Assembly: GCA_030248215.1 (NCBI GenBank)
Contig: JASANG010000641.1
Location: 62,001 to 126,000, forward strand
Source: Enoplolaimus lenunculus
Lineage: Eukaryota
Reading direction: 5' to 3'
Length of the DNA: 64,000 bases
Positions 39,207 to 53,200 of this stretch are shown here, piece after piece; the stretch's first letter is position 1; the number at the start of each line of letters is the position of its first letter. The position numbers and the translations under genes were made by a program. The notes below the pieces were generated by a model. It did not search any database. It saw nothing but the letters and a program-made list of their open reading frames with translations, and was not told the origin of the DNA.

Positions 39207-41174
39207 CAGGGCCGGGTTAAAGTGTGGGAGCCCGGGGCTCAAATGACCAGGAGGACTTGGGCTCGTATGTACTAGGAGGCCTGGGGCACACATGACTAGC
39301 AGACCTTTTTGGTATGCATAATTTTATACACCAGAGCTTAAAGAGATACATTTTAGTGAAACAAATTGTAACAAAAGTACGAAATTAGAATTTTACATCA
39401 CATGTACTCTTCTAGTTTTGCATTTAGAGAAGTCACTTACGATTCCACCAAAGTCTAACAATTTTAATAATGTATTTCAACGCACTCTTAAGGTGGCACC
39501 GAATCCACGATTCAATCGAATCCGAACCCGAATCCGAATCCATTGCTAATTTGCCGAATCTTAATCCGGATATTGCATGTTGCGAATTTCAGATATATCT
39601 GTAATTTGTTTCAGAATATCAACGCAATGCCAGCCTGAAAACTTAAACGTTGGTATCTGTGTCCTGCAATAAAAATATTGATTGAGCGAAGCTCGGAGTT
39701 TCGCGAAGCGTTTTATGTTTTGTACTTGGGGGTCGAAAGGTGGATGTCCGTCCGTCCGTCTGTCCGTCCGAAAAGAATCTCAGGAACGGCTGAACCGATT
39801 TTGATAAACTTTTTTTTGTTTGAAAGCCAATTATCCTGGGGTGTTAACCTCGCATTGGGGTTTTAAAATTTTAAGCCGTTTATTAGCTACAGGCTAATTT
39901 GCATAATTAATTAAGCCTAAATTAGGACTTTCCACAATATTTCACTAATTATTACAGTTAGAAGCAATCTAATTTTAGCATTAAAAAGTTTTTGGGTGCG
40001 AGGAATCTGCGTAGACTGTTTACAAAACTCCAAAACCGATAAGTGAGCAGTTAGCTAATAGATAATTTGCATATTGGCATAGTTTATAAACCTAAATTAG
40101 GACTTTTTACAATCTTTCACTAATTATTAAGGTTAAAAGCAATATAATTTCGGCACTAAAGGGTTTTTTGTGCGTGGATTTTGAATAAATAGTTTACAAA
40201 CATCCAAACCCGATAATTGAATAGTTAGCTAATAGCTAATTTGCATATTAGCTTAATGGACAAGACAAAACTAGGACTGTTTAAATTATTTCAATAATTA
40301 TTAGGGTTTACTGACGGTTTTTGGGTGCGAAGAATCTGAATAAATTGTTTACAAACCTCCAAAACCGATAATTGAATAGTTACCTAATAACTAATTTGCA
40401 TATTAGCTTAATTGACAAAACAAAATTAGGACTTTTTAAATTATTCCAAAAATTATTAGAGTGGCTGAAGGGTTTTTGGTTGCGAGGAATTTGAATAAAT
40501 AGTTTACAAACATCAAAAACCGATAATTGAATAGTTAGCTAATAGCTAATTTGCATATTAGCTTAATTGCTTACGTGCGTTCGAGCTTCGCTCAATAAAT
40601 GTAGTCCCACTACGACTGGTTCCTATATAACAATTTACTTGAATTTTATTGTTTAAAAATGAAAAAATATATTGCCAGACAAACTGTTGCATTCGGTTTT
40701 TGATTCGGTTTTTTTCAGAACCGAAATCGGATCCGAATCTCAACCTCAAATTTTTGCCGAATCCGGATACGAACATTTGTTACCACCCTGGTGTGAGTTG
40801 TCACTTTACCTCGGTGGTCAGAGGTTTTATCCAAGAGCAGGAAAGCGCGAGGATATAAGTCTCCTTACTAGTGTTGTGCACTGACAAAGAACCTGGCAGC
40901 CGGGCACTTGATAATATTTTAAATCTTATTATGATCTGGATTCCATTACTTTTTAAAAAATATAGTGAAATCGTTCACTGGAGTATATACCTTTGACAAT
41001 AATAGAGGGAACTAGAAGTTAAAGTGCTCCGAAAGGTCCATTGAAAAAGAATATGTTTCCAACCTGAATCAGAAAGTTTTAGTAAATTGTACAAACAAGT
41101 TGAAAGAGGCCACGTTTGATGGGAGGCCCGGGGGCAGGGTCCCTCCCCACGGGCCCCCTTTTAATCCGGCGCTG
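39207..41174. mobile_element. hAT-like non-autonomous element hosting nested insertions (a CAGGGTGG-type element at about 39489-40790, itself containing the HINE)
   Basis: Ends CAGGGCCGGGTTAAA / TTTAATCCGGCGCTG with a degenerate 8-bp flanking duplication (CTTGGACA / GTTGGACC). The left end of the inner element resembles 29660-29780. Confidence 0.55.
39681..40622 (+). mobile_element. DINE-1/HINE-like non-autonomous Helentron-type element
   Basis: Subterminal inverted repeats ATTGAGCGAAGCTCG (39681-39695) and CGAGCTTCGCTCAAT (40582-40596), a (GTCC/GTCT)n microsatellite near the 5' end, central tandem repeats of 155-175 bp, and a 3' hairpin GTAGT-CCC-ACTAC. This matches the known DINE-1 layout. 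Confidence 0.8.
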
Positions 41175-41278
41175 GTTGGACCTTGTTTCTGTTAGTCATT
41201 CCGAGACACATGCGTATCTGTTTTGAAGTCTTTTCAATGTCATACGATTGTCAACGTGTTAACTGTCTTATTGGTTAA

Positions 41279-44200
41279 ATGACATCTATTAAAAGCGCTC
41301 TGCAAGAATTTAGTGGCCAAGTACAGAATGCTGTTGATGAATCCAGTGTCTACTGCTGCGTTTTAAGTTTGCAGGTACTGGGATTTTTCGAAAGCATTGG
41401 CGAGTGGGGGGCTGAGGAGGAGAATTTGAGGGAGATATAATGTGGCAAGGGAATTGAAGTAAATTGTTTTGAACTTTAAAATTTATGTTTTTACGGTTTA
41501 AGGCCTTGTATGCCAGCAGGGTGCCCACTGGACTACATTTTACTGTTTTACAGGAAGCAGGATCGGGAACAATAAGTCTCTTTTCGCCGTAGTCACTGTA
41601 AACATGTGAGACATACTTGTCATAGTGCTTATGCAATATATGCAATGCACATTGTGTTGTATGCTAGCCGGCAGCATACGTGTCGGTACGTAGTTGACGA
41701 GAAAAGTTGTTGGAAAGGCGAGTTGTGTGACAAGATGCTAGAGCGCTTGCCTCGGAATCCTAATTTTTTTAGTTCGATCCTGTGCGATAGTTAAATGCAA
41801 AAGCAGTGTAGCTCAAGATTTCCTGAAATTTACTTGCAGGATTTGACGCACCGGTGGTTGTCAACCCATAAAGAAAATGGCGTGTTGCGCAAATTGTCTT
41901 CTATTCAACGACTTGCGATTTCCTCATCTTTGTTGGCTTTGATGGAAAAATTAATTGCAGCTAAGCTTAGTTTGATTAACCAAATAAAGACAATTGACGC
42001 AATGTATAATACAACGAGTGAAATTGTACGATTGTCAATCGTGATTGAAGAAAAAGTAGTTGTAAGTTAACCGGGATGTAATTTTTTTATATTTTAACTT
42101 CTTGTATCATAAGTGATTAATTTGTTTGTTGTTATGTAACAGCATTAAAAAGTGATTTATATTGCTCCACTGTGTAGTATGTACGTACGTATATATTACA
42201 GCCTACGCTACAGGACCTTTTGAAAGTTGCAGAAACATATGTCCAATATATGCTACCGTTTGGCTGTCCATTGTGCAACTAAATTGATGGAATATTCAAC
42301 TGCATTGTCTCTAATGGGTATTTGTGTATCGTTGTCGCTGCAGTACGATGAAGATAAAGCTAAAACGTGGTGGCGATGGCTGCGTGTGATTATGGTGACA
42401 GCGAACAGAAACGATTTGCAAACAATTGATCAACTTCGAAAGAGGTTAACCGCGGTTTGTTTTCTACGTCTCGATTCGAAAAAATAAGTCTTGCGGCGTA
42501 GGCAAGTATATATATGTAATTATTGACCTTGTCCCTTTTCTCTACTGCAGGTGTTGAGCTGTGGAAGTCGCTCGTTACTGCAAGAAATATAATGCAGCTA
42601 AATATTCGCTGTGTCATGATAAGCTGGGGGAAGCCTCAACCAGGTCCCTGGTTCGAAACCATACTGTATATACACGCCCAATGACAGCGAATTTTGATGT
42701 CTTATTTTAGGACACTCTTTTCTTATCTTGATCAAAAAACGGTTAAGTTAACCAATTTGTCAGTGAAAGATTTGCTTTTGCACGAGTTGGACTGTTACCA
42801 CAGTGCCAGGTAAGTGGAAACGCTAAATTGAACGCCACGAGTTTCGCTTATTACAGAGAAACTCGGATTATCTTGTTTGAAAATCTGTTTTGAAACACAG
42901 TCAATATTGGTTATAAGTTAGATTATTTTTGGATACTTTGAGCAATCAAAACTTTAAACGTACTTCACTTGATAATCTTAACATAGCAAACAGGTATATA
43001 TTCGTGCATATATATACTTTCGCTATATCAAGTAGATTTGTATACCCAATGCGGACACTGCCACGGATGCTAGTCTCGGTATTTGGCAGGTGTCTGTCTC
43101 GGGTTTTGAGTAAGCGCCGCATTCGATTTTCCTAGGCTAATCATTTGAACCGTTGCTTTTGTTTCCAAAAACCGTTCCTTGTTGATGTGTTTTGTCATCT
43201 GTCTTTTATTATTTATTTAGGGCTCTTCTAGACCAAGAAATGATAGCAGTTACTCAAGCACTACTAGAACTACCTTTGACGGGCGATATTCGTGCTGAGT
43301 GCTACTTAACTATTGGCGAACTGTTATTCGCCAGTCCATTGCTCTCTGATGATTTCACGTACGTATGTTTGTATTGTAAACAAATACATAGCGTGGAGGA
43401 TAGCTTCGAATCGGAATTTAAATAATGTTGTTGTTGTAACGCCTTTGTGCTACGAGTCACCATTGATGTCGAGCCCAAGGAATGTGGCAGCTTCAACCGG
43501 CTTCGTCCATAAAGCTTCTGTCGTCAGAGACGTGGGATTGGCCGGGCAATTGAACAAACGCATCGTGTCATAGGGAGTCGCGGAGCACAAGGGGCACGCA
43601 TCCACAACATCATGGTTGATCTTGGCCAGATAATTATTTAGGATCCTTGAGTAGCCAGCACGGAGTTGGGCTAGCTTGCAACGGGTGCTCCTGGGCAGTT
43701 TCTTCTCCTCGTTTGACTGTGGCGGTGGATAGCCTCCCAGCAGGACCGGTGGTTTGTAGTTTCTGACTCCATCTTGATGTGCTTTGTCATGGTTGATCTT
43801 GAGCAAAGCGCGATATTTTTTGTTGTCGAGTGGACCCGTGTAATGCCAACGATTGTGATCTGGAAATTAGCGATTTGATGGTTGATATGATCTTGACGGT
43901 GGCATCTGAGGAAATACTGCTCCGACAGCATCAGGTTGTGCTCTTTGACTGGCAGCATACTGGTTTCTAGATGGAGGTGATCTTCGATCGTTTTCCGCAG
44001 GCGTCCGGTTATAGCACGACTGGCACTGTTTTGCTGCCGTTGGAGTTCTGGCCATCTGCTACTGGAAAGGCCTAGAGACCATATGGGGGCACCATAGTTG
44101 AGCACTGATCTTCCGATCGCTTTATAGGTGACTAGCAGGGTTTCTTTCTGCGGAATTTAAATAATCGCATAGGATTATAAATTTATTTTGGTTGTGGCTT

Positions 44201-47200
44201 TAAGTAGTTTCTGGTTTAAATTATATATTTCGATAATATGTTTGGCAGTTTTCTAATTGGTTCCAACCGAAGTTTCCCAGACTGCGATTAGAGCATTACG
44301 CGAAACTCTAGCGACCCTGAATAAATACATTTTGTAATACATGATGCATGCTTGGCTTTTCCTGCAGCATATCAAAGCAAATTTCGTTTTAACCTTATGA
44401 TTTCTATCGTACGTGCATATTTGTTCTTTAAACATATTTGTGTAGTAGACCCATCTGCTATTAGGACCAATCACTTATTTGCCACGTACGGCCTGCTATT
44501 TTAGGATAAGTGCAGTTGGTTATGATAAATTGAAATTGCGAGATATTTGTTAACAACAGTGACGTAGAGCCCGCGCTGATTTGTGATAGGTATTGCGTCT
44601 GTTCAAATAATTGAAACTGATTGTATCTTTATTTAATAGTCTTCGACATCTGCATAACGCTGTTACGGTTTGGCAAATATTTTGCATTGCCAGTCGTGTT
44701 TTGAATATCGTTTATTGTTATAGGTTCCGTGGCTGTTGTGACGAGGTTATGCAATTAACTAATGCAAAAAGTCCTTCTGATGCTTGTACGAGTGTAGAAA
44801 TTCAACGTTTTTCTTGCTTACTTTACCAGTTCTGTCAGCGAGGCAGTGAACTGCGCAGTTTGGCTATTGAATCAGTGGTGAGAATAACTTGTATTGAAGG
44901 TTAACTTTTGTGTTTACAATGTGGGTTTAGTGAGAGTGGCTTAGATTTTAATTTCACGATTGGTCCAAAATCCTACATAATTTGCTCAGTGTATGACCAA
45001 ATCTAAAATTTAGCAGATTAAGTAAATGCCTATCTTTTAATGAGGTTATTTAACCAATAAATAATATAGCAAAAAATTAAATGAATTTTCAGTAGCGTAT
45101 ATTTTTAGTTTTCCGGTTCCGATTCCGTTTCCGGTAATTTTTTCAAGATCCAGTAAAGTGTAATTCCGGTTGCACCCTGGCTTTATGGATCGGCTAAAAA
45201 TCAACAGCAGTAGCTACTGGACGCTATACCAACTTTTTAATTTTATGTTGGTTTCCTAGTTGGGTTGGTTATTTAGGAAAGAGTTCAAGTCGAGATATTT
45301 TGTTATCTAACGGTAATATCAGTTGTTTTAGAAAGAGTCTGGTGACTCTTGTAATGCTATGAAAAATTTGAAACGACATGGCGATTGGTTAATGCTTCCG
45401 CGCTGTTGTTGTTCTTCATCGTTTGAGCACACTCAGCAACCATTGAAGACGGCTTATGAAATATTTCAAGATAGGATAAGCAGTTTAACAGGTTTAATTT
45501 TTGATTATTTAATTTTTGACGCGCGTTTTCCTAGTGGCATTGTCCGCTAAGGAGCGATCTGAAACAGCCTAATTCTGCCTAGGCTAGCGTATATTATCAA
45601 AAGCAAAAACTTTACTTTAAAGAAATTTTGAAAATTTGCAAGAATAAAACTGTCGCTCAAACATTTCTGAACGTAAGTACAGTTCAGTTATTTAGAAAGT
45701 CGCTTCACATTGTGCAAGCTTCTCCGAATAGCTGTAGAAAGGGATTCAATATGCGTGTGAAGAGCAAAGAAGATAAGATCTTGAGTATACGACACTTTAA
45801 TTAGGCGTGTTTTGTTACAGAATTTAAAACTATAGAATCTGTGATATTGTCTCGGTTGCGTAGAAGCGTGATTTCTGCTGTACAGATTTTTCTCTGGATC
45901 GGAAAGGTAAACATTACTTTTTGTATATTTTTTGCCATACTTGGAATTCCATTATGTTTTCCAAACGATTTTGTCCAAAAACATTCCGTCATAGGTCTTA
46001 GTATTGGCTGACTTCTTCAAATAATCAAGGACTTGAATTTAGCATATTGTTGAGAAACAGCTGAGCAACAACTGTTGCTGCAACGAGAAAATGTAAGAGA
46101 GTGCATTAATTTACTGAGATCTATTGCTTTACGATTCATACTTTGTAACGTAAAACTATTTGTCTAAGTCACATATCCAAAGAATTGCTATCGCGACTCA
46201 TATGTTAATTTCTTTTGTCCTTGAATCTTGATTGGGTTCTGTAATCAACAGGTAGTAGGGTTGTGGTCGAAACCATTAACGGATATAACCGGTATTGTTT
46301 CATGTTTTAAATTTCAGCACAACGTCGCATCAGATTTAATTCAATGGGCGAAAACTAACGTGATAGGTTTATGTATGAGTGCAGCCGAACAGTTGGCTCT
46401 CACTGAACTAGTGATTGAGTTAGCGTTTGAAACGTATAACTGGCGAAACGTAAAACAAGCAGTAGCTGATTTAGAAACTATTGACGCTGGATCTAGTAAA
46501 CAAAACAGTAATGGAGAAAATATACAACAGCTTTGTACTGTGATTTTTGTTGGGTTGGAAATCATGGATAATGGAAAAGTAAGCCCTATAGAAATGGTGC
46601 CTTACGTTTTGAAGATCGTAACTTGTATTAATACCACCTTACGGGTCCGTCAACAGTTCAAATTCTCTAAAAATTATCTTTTGAGAACTAATAATTCAAT
46701 GGAGCAGTAAACCAAGGTATACATAATAATACGGCTAAATAACGGCAATGAAAAATGAAGGTCTCTGTTTGTCTGTTACGCCATGTTTTGGTGTGATACA
46801 AGATTAAACTTTAGCTATAATTGTTGCATATGTTTATGTAGGCCTAAGTTTGGTTTTAGGAATAGGTTTATACTGCTACTATAACTCCCCCAACGTAACA
46901 TTGGTCTGGTCCTTTATGACGATGTTTCTTTTGGTACCATACTGTTGTTTTAGATCAATAACGCCTATCAGGTCGCGAAAGACGCCATAGAACAACTGAA
47001 TTCACTGCCGGACGCAGACTCTCACTTTGAAATGCAGCAGTACATAATTTGCTATCGGTTGCTTACGATGCTTTGTCGCTTGCTGCAATTGCATCCTATC
47101 AATGGATATGAAACGCTACGCGTTCTCCCGTTGTTGTATCAGCAATGGAGTTTGTTGACTGGATATGCTCGAAAAGCTTCTTTAGATGGTGTTATTTCCG

Positions 47201-50200
47201 GGTCGTATTATTCAACAAGTAGGTATAATCGTGTGTCGTGTATTATTTATAATGAAAATCGGTAAACACTATGGTTAGTCAAGTATACAACTGGGCGCCT
47301 TCCAGTTAGAAAAGCATGTAGTCAGCATGTGTTGCGGTTTGCCCATAAGTCCATAACCACGCCCATTGGCGGTCTCAGGATTTTTCATTGTAGGCTGTTA
47401 GATTTTGTGATTTAGCTGCTTAAAAAAGGTTCAAGTCTTTCAGGCTATTAGCATCACGTTATTTTTTAACTGTTTGTTGAAGTGTTCGGGGGTGTGCGAT
47501 CCCTGCCGGCCCCTGTGACCGCCCCTGACCGTTTTTCATAGAATGTAGTAGTAGAGAGCAGGGAACGTCAGCGGAAGAATTTTCGCAGATACGTTAGAGA
47601 CCGCACAGGATAACGGACCAGAACATACGAATAGGTTCGGAGCAGTCGAAGATGTTGACACGATGTTGTACCAAGGCGGTGCACTCCACAACATGAAGAA
47701 TTGTTTTGTCTTTTTTGTTGCATAGTAAAATTGGTTTGCTTTATTATAGGCAATACATGGTTGAACCTTAAGTTTATTTTGTTGATCGTCTTGTTGTTGC
47801 GGATTTGTTTATGTTAAGTTAATGATTGATATGTATTTAAAGCTAACATTAATGCTGGCCTATGCTTAAATTTGAGCGTTTTTATGCTAAGGTAGAAAAA
47901 ACGATTTGCAAAAACAGAAATATTGCAACTGCAGTTTATACATTCGAATTAATATGCATTGAGCATTCTAATTAGTATTTCTCTATTCTCAACTTAAAGA
48001 GTTTTGTTTTCTTTGCAGAACGAGGCCCGTTGCCATTGATCATATTGAACTCGTGGTTTTGTTGTGTAGAGCAAATAGGCCTTGGTTATGCGCAGCTTGA
48101 CCTTTTTGGTGACCGTTACCAGCCTGGAATATCGCGTGGGGCTTTGCACTTTTTCAAAGAAGGTCTTGTAATGGCTCGGGGTCATTTGAATTTGAAATGG
48201 TAAGCGGTAGATTTCGTATTCAGTATGACTACGCTCCTGGTCGCTAGCTGATGCTATGGCATTATTTCGCTGAAATTTTGTTTAAATTTTGGGTTAACTG
48301 ACTAGAGTTAGTATGTGAAGCTCAGAAATTAATCTAGATTTTTTGGTCTTCAGTGAAGTTTTAATGTATTAAAAAAGTTTTGTTAGCTACGTTATTTTAG
48401 GATTGTTCGGTTCTATGGCCATATTATGTGTGCTTACCGACAGTGCGGTATTACTGACTACGTTAATGTTATATATCGTCAACTGTTTGGTGTGCTATTT
48501 GAAACTTTAGGTAAGTTCGTTTGGTTTAAGGCTGTTAATTTGTTTATGCAACTATGCGTGAACTTTAATTTCGTTGAATTTCGTTTTGTGTTTGTTATAG
48601 TTTTAATTCATAGTTTAGCGATGTGTGATTGGTATTCAATCTATTGTGAGTGTTCACCAAAAGTTTGGCTGGTGGTTTCTAAAGGATTCATTCGCAATTT
48701 CGCAGATAGATTGACTGTATTCTAAGTTTTGTATAATTCCGCTTTGATTAATCCATGAGGAAGGTTATCCAAGTAGCAGTTTTTAGCTTTTTACTGTTTT
48801 GTGTTTAAAAATTGTTTCAGATGGCGACGCTGTTCACGTGAACATCAATGCTGTTGTGAAATGGTTGAAGCGGTCCCACATGGTTTACGACTACTCATTG
48901 ATGTTAGATATTGCATATTGCTGGGCGGTGGGAAATTCTGTGCGCATGTGTCATAGTTTGAAATCACATTTTTTTGGTGATCACTGTAGTAGCTATGATG
49001 GTTTTGATATCAATATAATGCAAGCTATGGAGCTTGTGTTTGGTGGTGAAATGAAAATTAGCACTAAGAATTCGAAAGCAACACAAGAAAATTCAGAGCT
49101 AAAGCTATCACGAATCGGGTGGTCGGCCATCCCAACTGGAGAAAGCGCTATAATTGGTATGAAATTGTGTTTGGAAAATATCAGCAACGAAGCTGGGAAA
49201 CTCGTGGTGAAAAACGACACTCAAACTTCAAAGGATTTAAATTTCGTGAAAAAGTTGCTTGGGTGTTGCTATGAATTAAAGAAAAAGGTTCCAGATGCAC
49301 ACCCACAGGCGTTTCAGTTAGTTATGGAGTACAAACTGTGGCATTTGTTGGTTCCAGATCTGACAATGCTTCAATTTATAACTGCGGAAATCCCAAAATA
49401 TGTTGACAAAATTATGGTTTATCCGAAATTAGTCGACGAAAAATCACTGGGTTTGGTTTGTAGCCTAGAGGAAGTTGAAGAGATTACGGAGAAGCTTGAA
49501 ACTGGCGTGAGTTTAACGAGTAATCGAAGGAAGAACTACAGCGCCACGGGTAGATCAATATCGGTGTCTGATAATGATGTCCATGATAAAGTACAGAAAA
49601 AGCTAAGTCGGAAAGGGTGTTGCCGGTCAGGAAAACTGAGTACCACTTGCACTAGTTCTGAAAGTGTTTCTAAGTCATTTTCTGCGAGTACCAAAAAATC
49701 AAAATCCAAAGCATCTGGTAGTAACAGGACAAGCTCTAGCGCAACAAGGGGGTTTCGAATATTTGCAGATGACAGTGGGACAAAGGAACAATCACAGAGC
49801 ACTGTAGATCAAAATATAATATTTTCAGAGTCTGGCAGAAAGTTTGTGACTGATTTAAATAACATTTTTGAACTCTGTAAACATTCCAATTCAGAGATAT
49901 TTAGGAGTGTTTCCGAACTTCTTGGATTGTACTACCTTGTTAGATCAACATATAGGACAGCTTTAAGTGGTACGGAGGAGGCTGACTCGGTGGGGTCTTG
50001 TATTTGGCGCGGTGCGTATTATTTCGCGTATGCCAGTTGGAATTCGTTTCGTCATCTTGTGTCGGAGATCAACTATAAAAGACTAACCAAAGGGTGAGTA
50101 GGCTAAGATCATGATCAGACAGTATATTATGTTATATCTGGTGTTTCGAGGTGTTTTTGATGCAAAACTTGAAACATCCAATATTTTCAGTGAAACCAGT

Positions 50201-53200
50201 GCGTTATATATAATTTGGTGTTCCTATGAGTGAACCAAGAGTTACCGGTCGTGCGGTCAATCACGAAATCAGAATGGGAATCGAAGCAGCAAATTTATAC
50301 CGGAATTGGAATCGGAACTAGAAAGTTTCTGGCTTTATTTAGGGTGTCTGTTACCTGGCAACTATATTTAAAAAGGTCGCATAGACAAATGGGCGATGAT
50401 TTTTGGTTCTGTACAGCTAAACTATAATCTATTAATAGTAAGTTAACTCATCGAAAGGAATTTAATAGATAAATAACAGAATTTTTATTCAACGTATCAC
50501 AAACCATATGATTTATGGAAAACTGCGAATTGGTCTATATGACGTATATGTTCCAGTTAAACTCTTTTTGTCGATTTTTGTTCAGTTTCAGCGTTCCAGC
50601 ATCGGCAGTCAGTTGTCCAGTCGTACCGTTTGAAGAGTTTTGTGATTTGATGCAGCAAAATGTTGCACCAGGTATATATGGCGTTTGCTTTACGTAGTTT
50701 GGTTAGTGTAAGTCGACCGATGAGTACGTATTACTATTATGTGCACAATAATTTTGGTCCATACGAGGAACAATTTTTGTAATTTTTTAAGCCAGCCTAT
50801 GATTTTGCTCAAATCATTTACCGATGCAGTGTTTATACTGATAGAGTTACAGAAGGCTTACTGTCAAAAACGTCAAATCCTTGAGCAGATATTCAACGTT
50901 TCGATTTAGAATTTAAATTTGAGTCATGAATTGCTTGTGCATTTCAGTGCCGTGTCATGTTTTAGCTTGGTCTGTGACACAAATTCATTGCTTAAACAGC
51001 ATGTGTTTTGCGCGCAATCCAATGACGGTTTTTGTGCGTTATACTCGTTCATCGTTAAATGATAAGGTTGAACCTGTTTTCATGTTGAAACGTTTGGCTT
51101 CGGATAAAGTGAGATTTATTCAAAATTTTCTAAATTTGTCTAAACATGAAAAAACCATTATTTTAAGATGCTGCAAAATTATGAAAAGTTTTTTCGAGGT
51201 CTTCTTGCATTACAAACCGAATTGTGAGAACTACTGTGTAGAGCGGACGGTGTGTTTTGTACCGCTTGCCGAGTTACGCTAAAATAAACAACTATTGGAA
51301 ACAGTTAACGTTGAAAAAGGGTAGCGGTTACCTATATTTTCTAGTGTGCTTGCATAGTTGTAGTGTTGCAATCATACTAGTTAGTCATTTTTTTGAATCG
51401 TTGCAAACTCGTATAAATTGTTATTGCAGTTAAGTTTAAGAAGCGATGTTTCTAATTAACTGAGCACAATGTTGGAATACGGGTTGCTGGAGGCAATATT
51501 TTGTTTCCTTCTGTTTCAGTCCGATATCATCGCTGAAATTTGGAAGCATCAGCATGAAATCGAACAATTTTTGGGCGATTCTGACAAAGCTGTTGAACGC
51601 GATAGATGTTCGTTTTGGACGAAAAGATATGAGCAGAATTCGCATATGCAGGTTAGAGTCCCGCAACATATATCTATGAAATGAATTAGGGATTTCAGAG
51701 TGTGCTGAAATTGAAAGATTTAGTGTAAAATTGGGTTGAATTTTTGGCTGTTTAATTAGGCAAATACAGAACGAATGGAGGTTTAAAGAGATTGATTTTG
51801 ACACTTACGTTTTTGAAAAGTTTTCAGGTTAATTCTGTATAAATTACTACTTCAAACATCATATTCCACTGATGTGGTCTTTTATGGGACCGCGGAATCT
51901 TGTGAGATGACTATGTGTAGCAATTAATGTTTGCCTGCCGATATCTCCATGTGTTTGATTGGCACTCTGTAGCGGTTATTGAAATATTATTAAGTTTTTG
52001 GAACTTGGTGTTATGGTTGCAGAAAGGTTTGCATACAAGGTTATATCAATTTTATAGCAAAAAGAATAGTTATTTTGAATCTGTCTTGTGTTATTGGCAT
52101 TTGAGCTGAAGTCCACGTTCTTATCAAGATTAATTTGAAAATGAATCTCGCAATCAAACGCAATATGCATATTTTAGCAGTTAATCGACACGTTTGAACA
52201 GAGACTGGGTGAAGTAACTTTGCTTCTAACTGCACCATCAGCGGATTCAATGTGTGTTGAACAACGTGGAGCGTGTGTTAAGAAGTTGACGAATTTGATT
52301 TTTCCCGATGGAAATAGTGACGGATACGATGGGTTATTTGAAGTGAGTGGGACGTTTTGACTATCGTTTAATTGAGAATAAATTTTGGCTGTTACAGAGT
52401 AGCAGCTTAGAGCAATTTGTTGTGTCGGTTGGGAGCAAGTATTCAGGTGGTAGGCTAAATATATATACAGTATGCAATATTTGCGATTTGGTAATTTGAA
52501 ATTTAATGTTCCAAACTTTCAAAAGTTTATTTTTAAATGTTGGTTGTTTTAGACCATTGTGTCTATATCTGAAAGCAACTTTGACAATACTGATATCAGT
52601 ACAGCTCTGTCGGTGTTTGTAACGAAGCAACATCCGAAATTCGGAGATATCTTAGACATTTTATTGGACGCATCGACTCAGTGGTTGTTTGAAAATGTTC
52701 ACCGAGGCCATTTAATGTTGATTTTGGACAGAGTATGTTTTTGACCAGGTGTTTTTACTCACATAGAGTTTTCACATGGCAATAAAGTTGTCTGAAACTA
52801 AATAATATTTTATTTATAGTCGCTTCTTGTTAGATTCCAAGACTTTTTATAATACGCATTAGCAACTTCACGCTTAATTTTAATGCTGAATATTATTGTT
52901 TTAGCAGTACAATCAATTGCCTTGGGAGGCAATGCCGACAATCATTAATGAATCCGTATGTCGTATACCTGGCCTACCCTATTTCTTATCGCTTGACTCA
53001 CCTGTGGACCAATCTCGTTTTCCTGAGCGTTCTGAAGTAACGACAGATTTCTCAACGGTTTGCCAGTGGAATATTGATCCAGACAAAGCGTTTTATGTTG
53101 TTGATCCGATGGCTGAAATATCGTCTACGGCCGCAAGATTCGGGCCTTGGTTTTCGAAGTTAGAATAACTTCCGTCTTGTTATCAAATTGTCTGTCGCAC

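Noticed and set aside
49880..49910. Separase autocleavage site (EIFR)
   Set aside because: It matches ExxR but appears to fall in the helical region after the disordered insert, and ExxR is frequent by chance.
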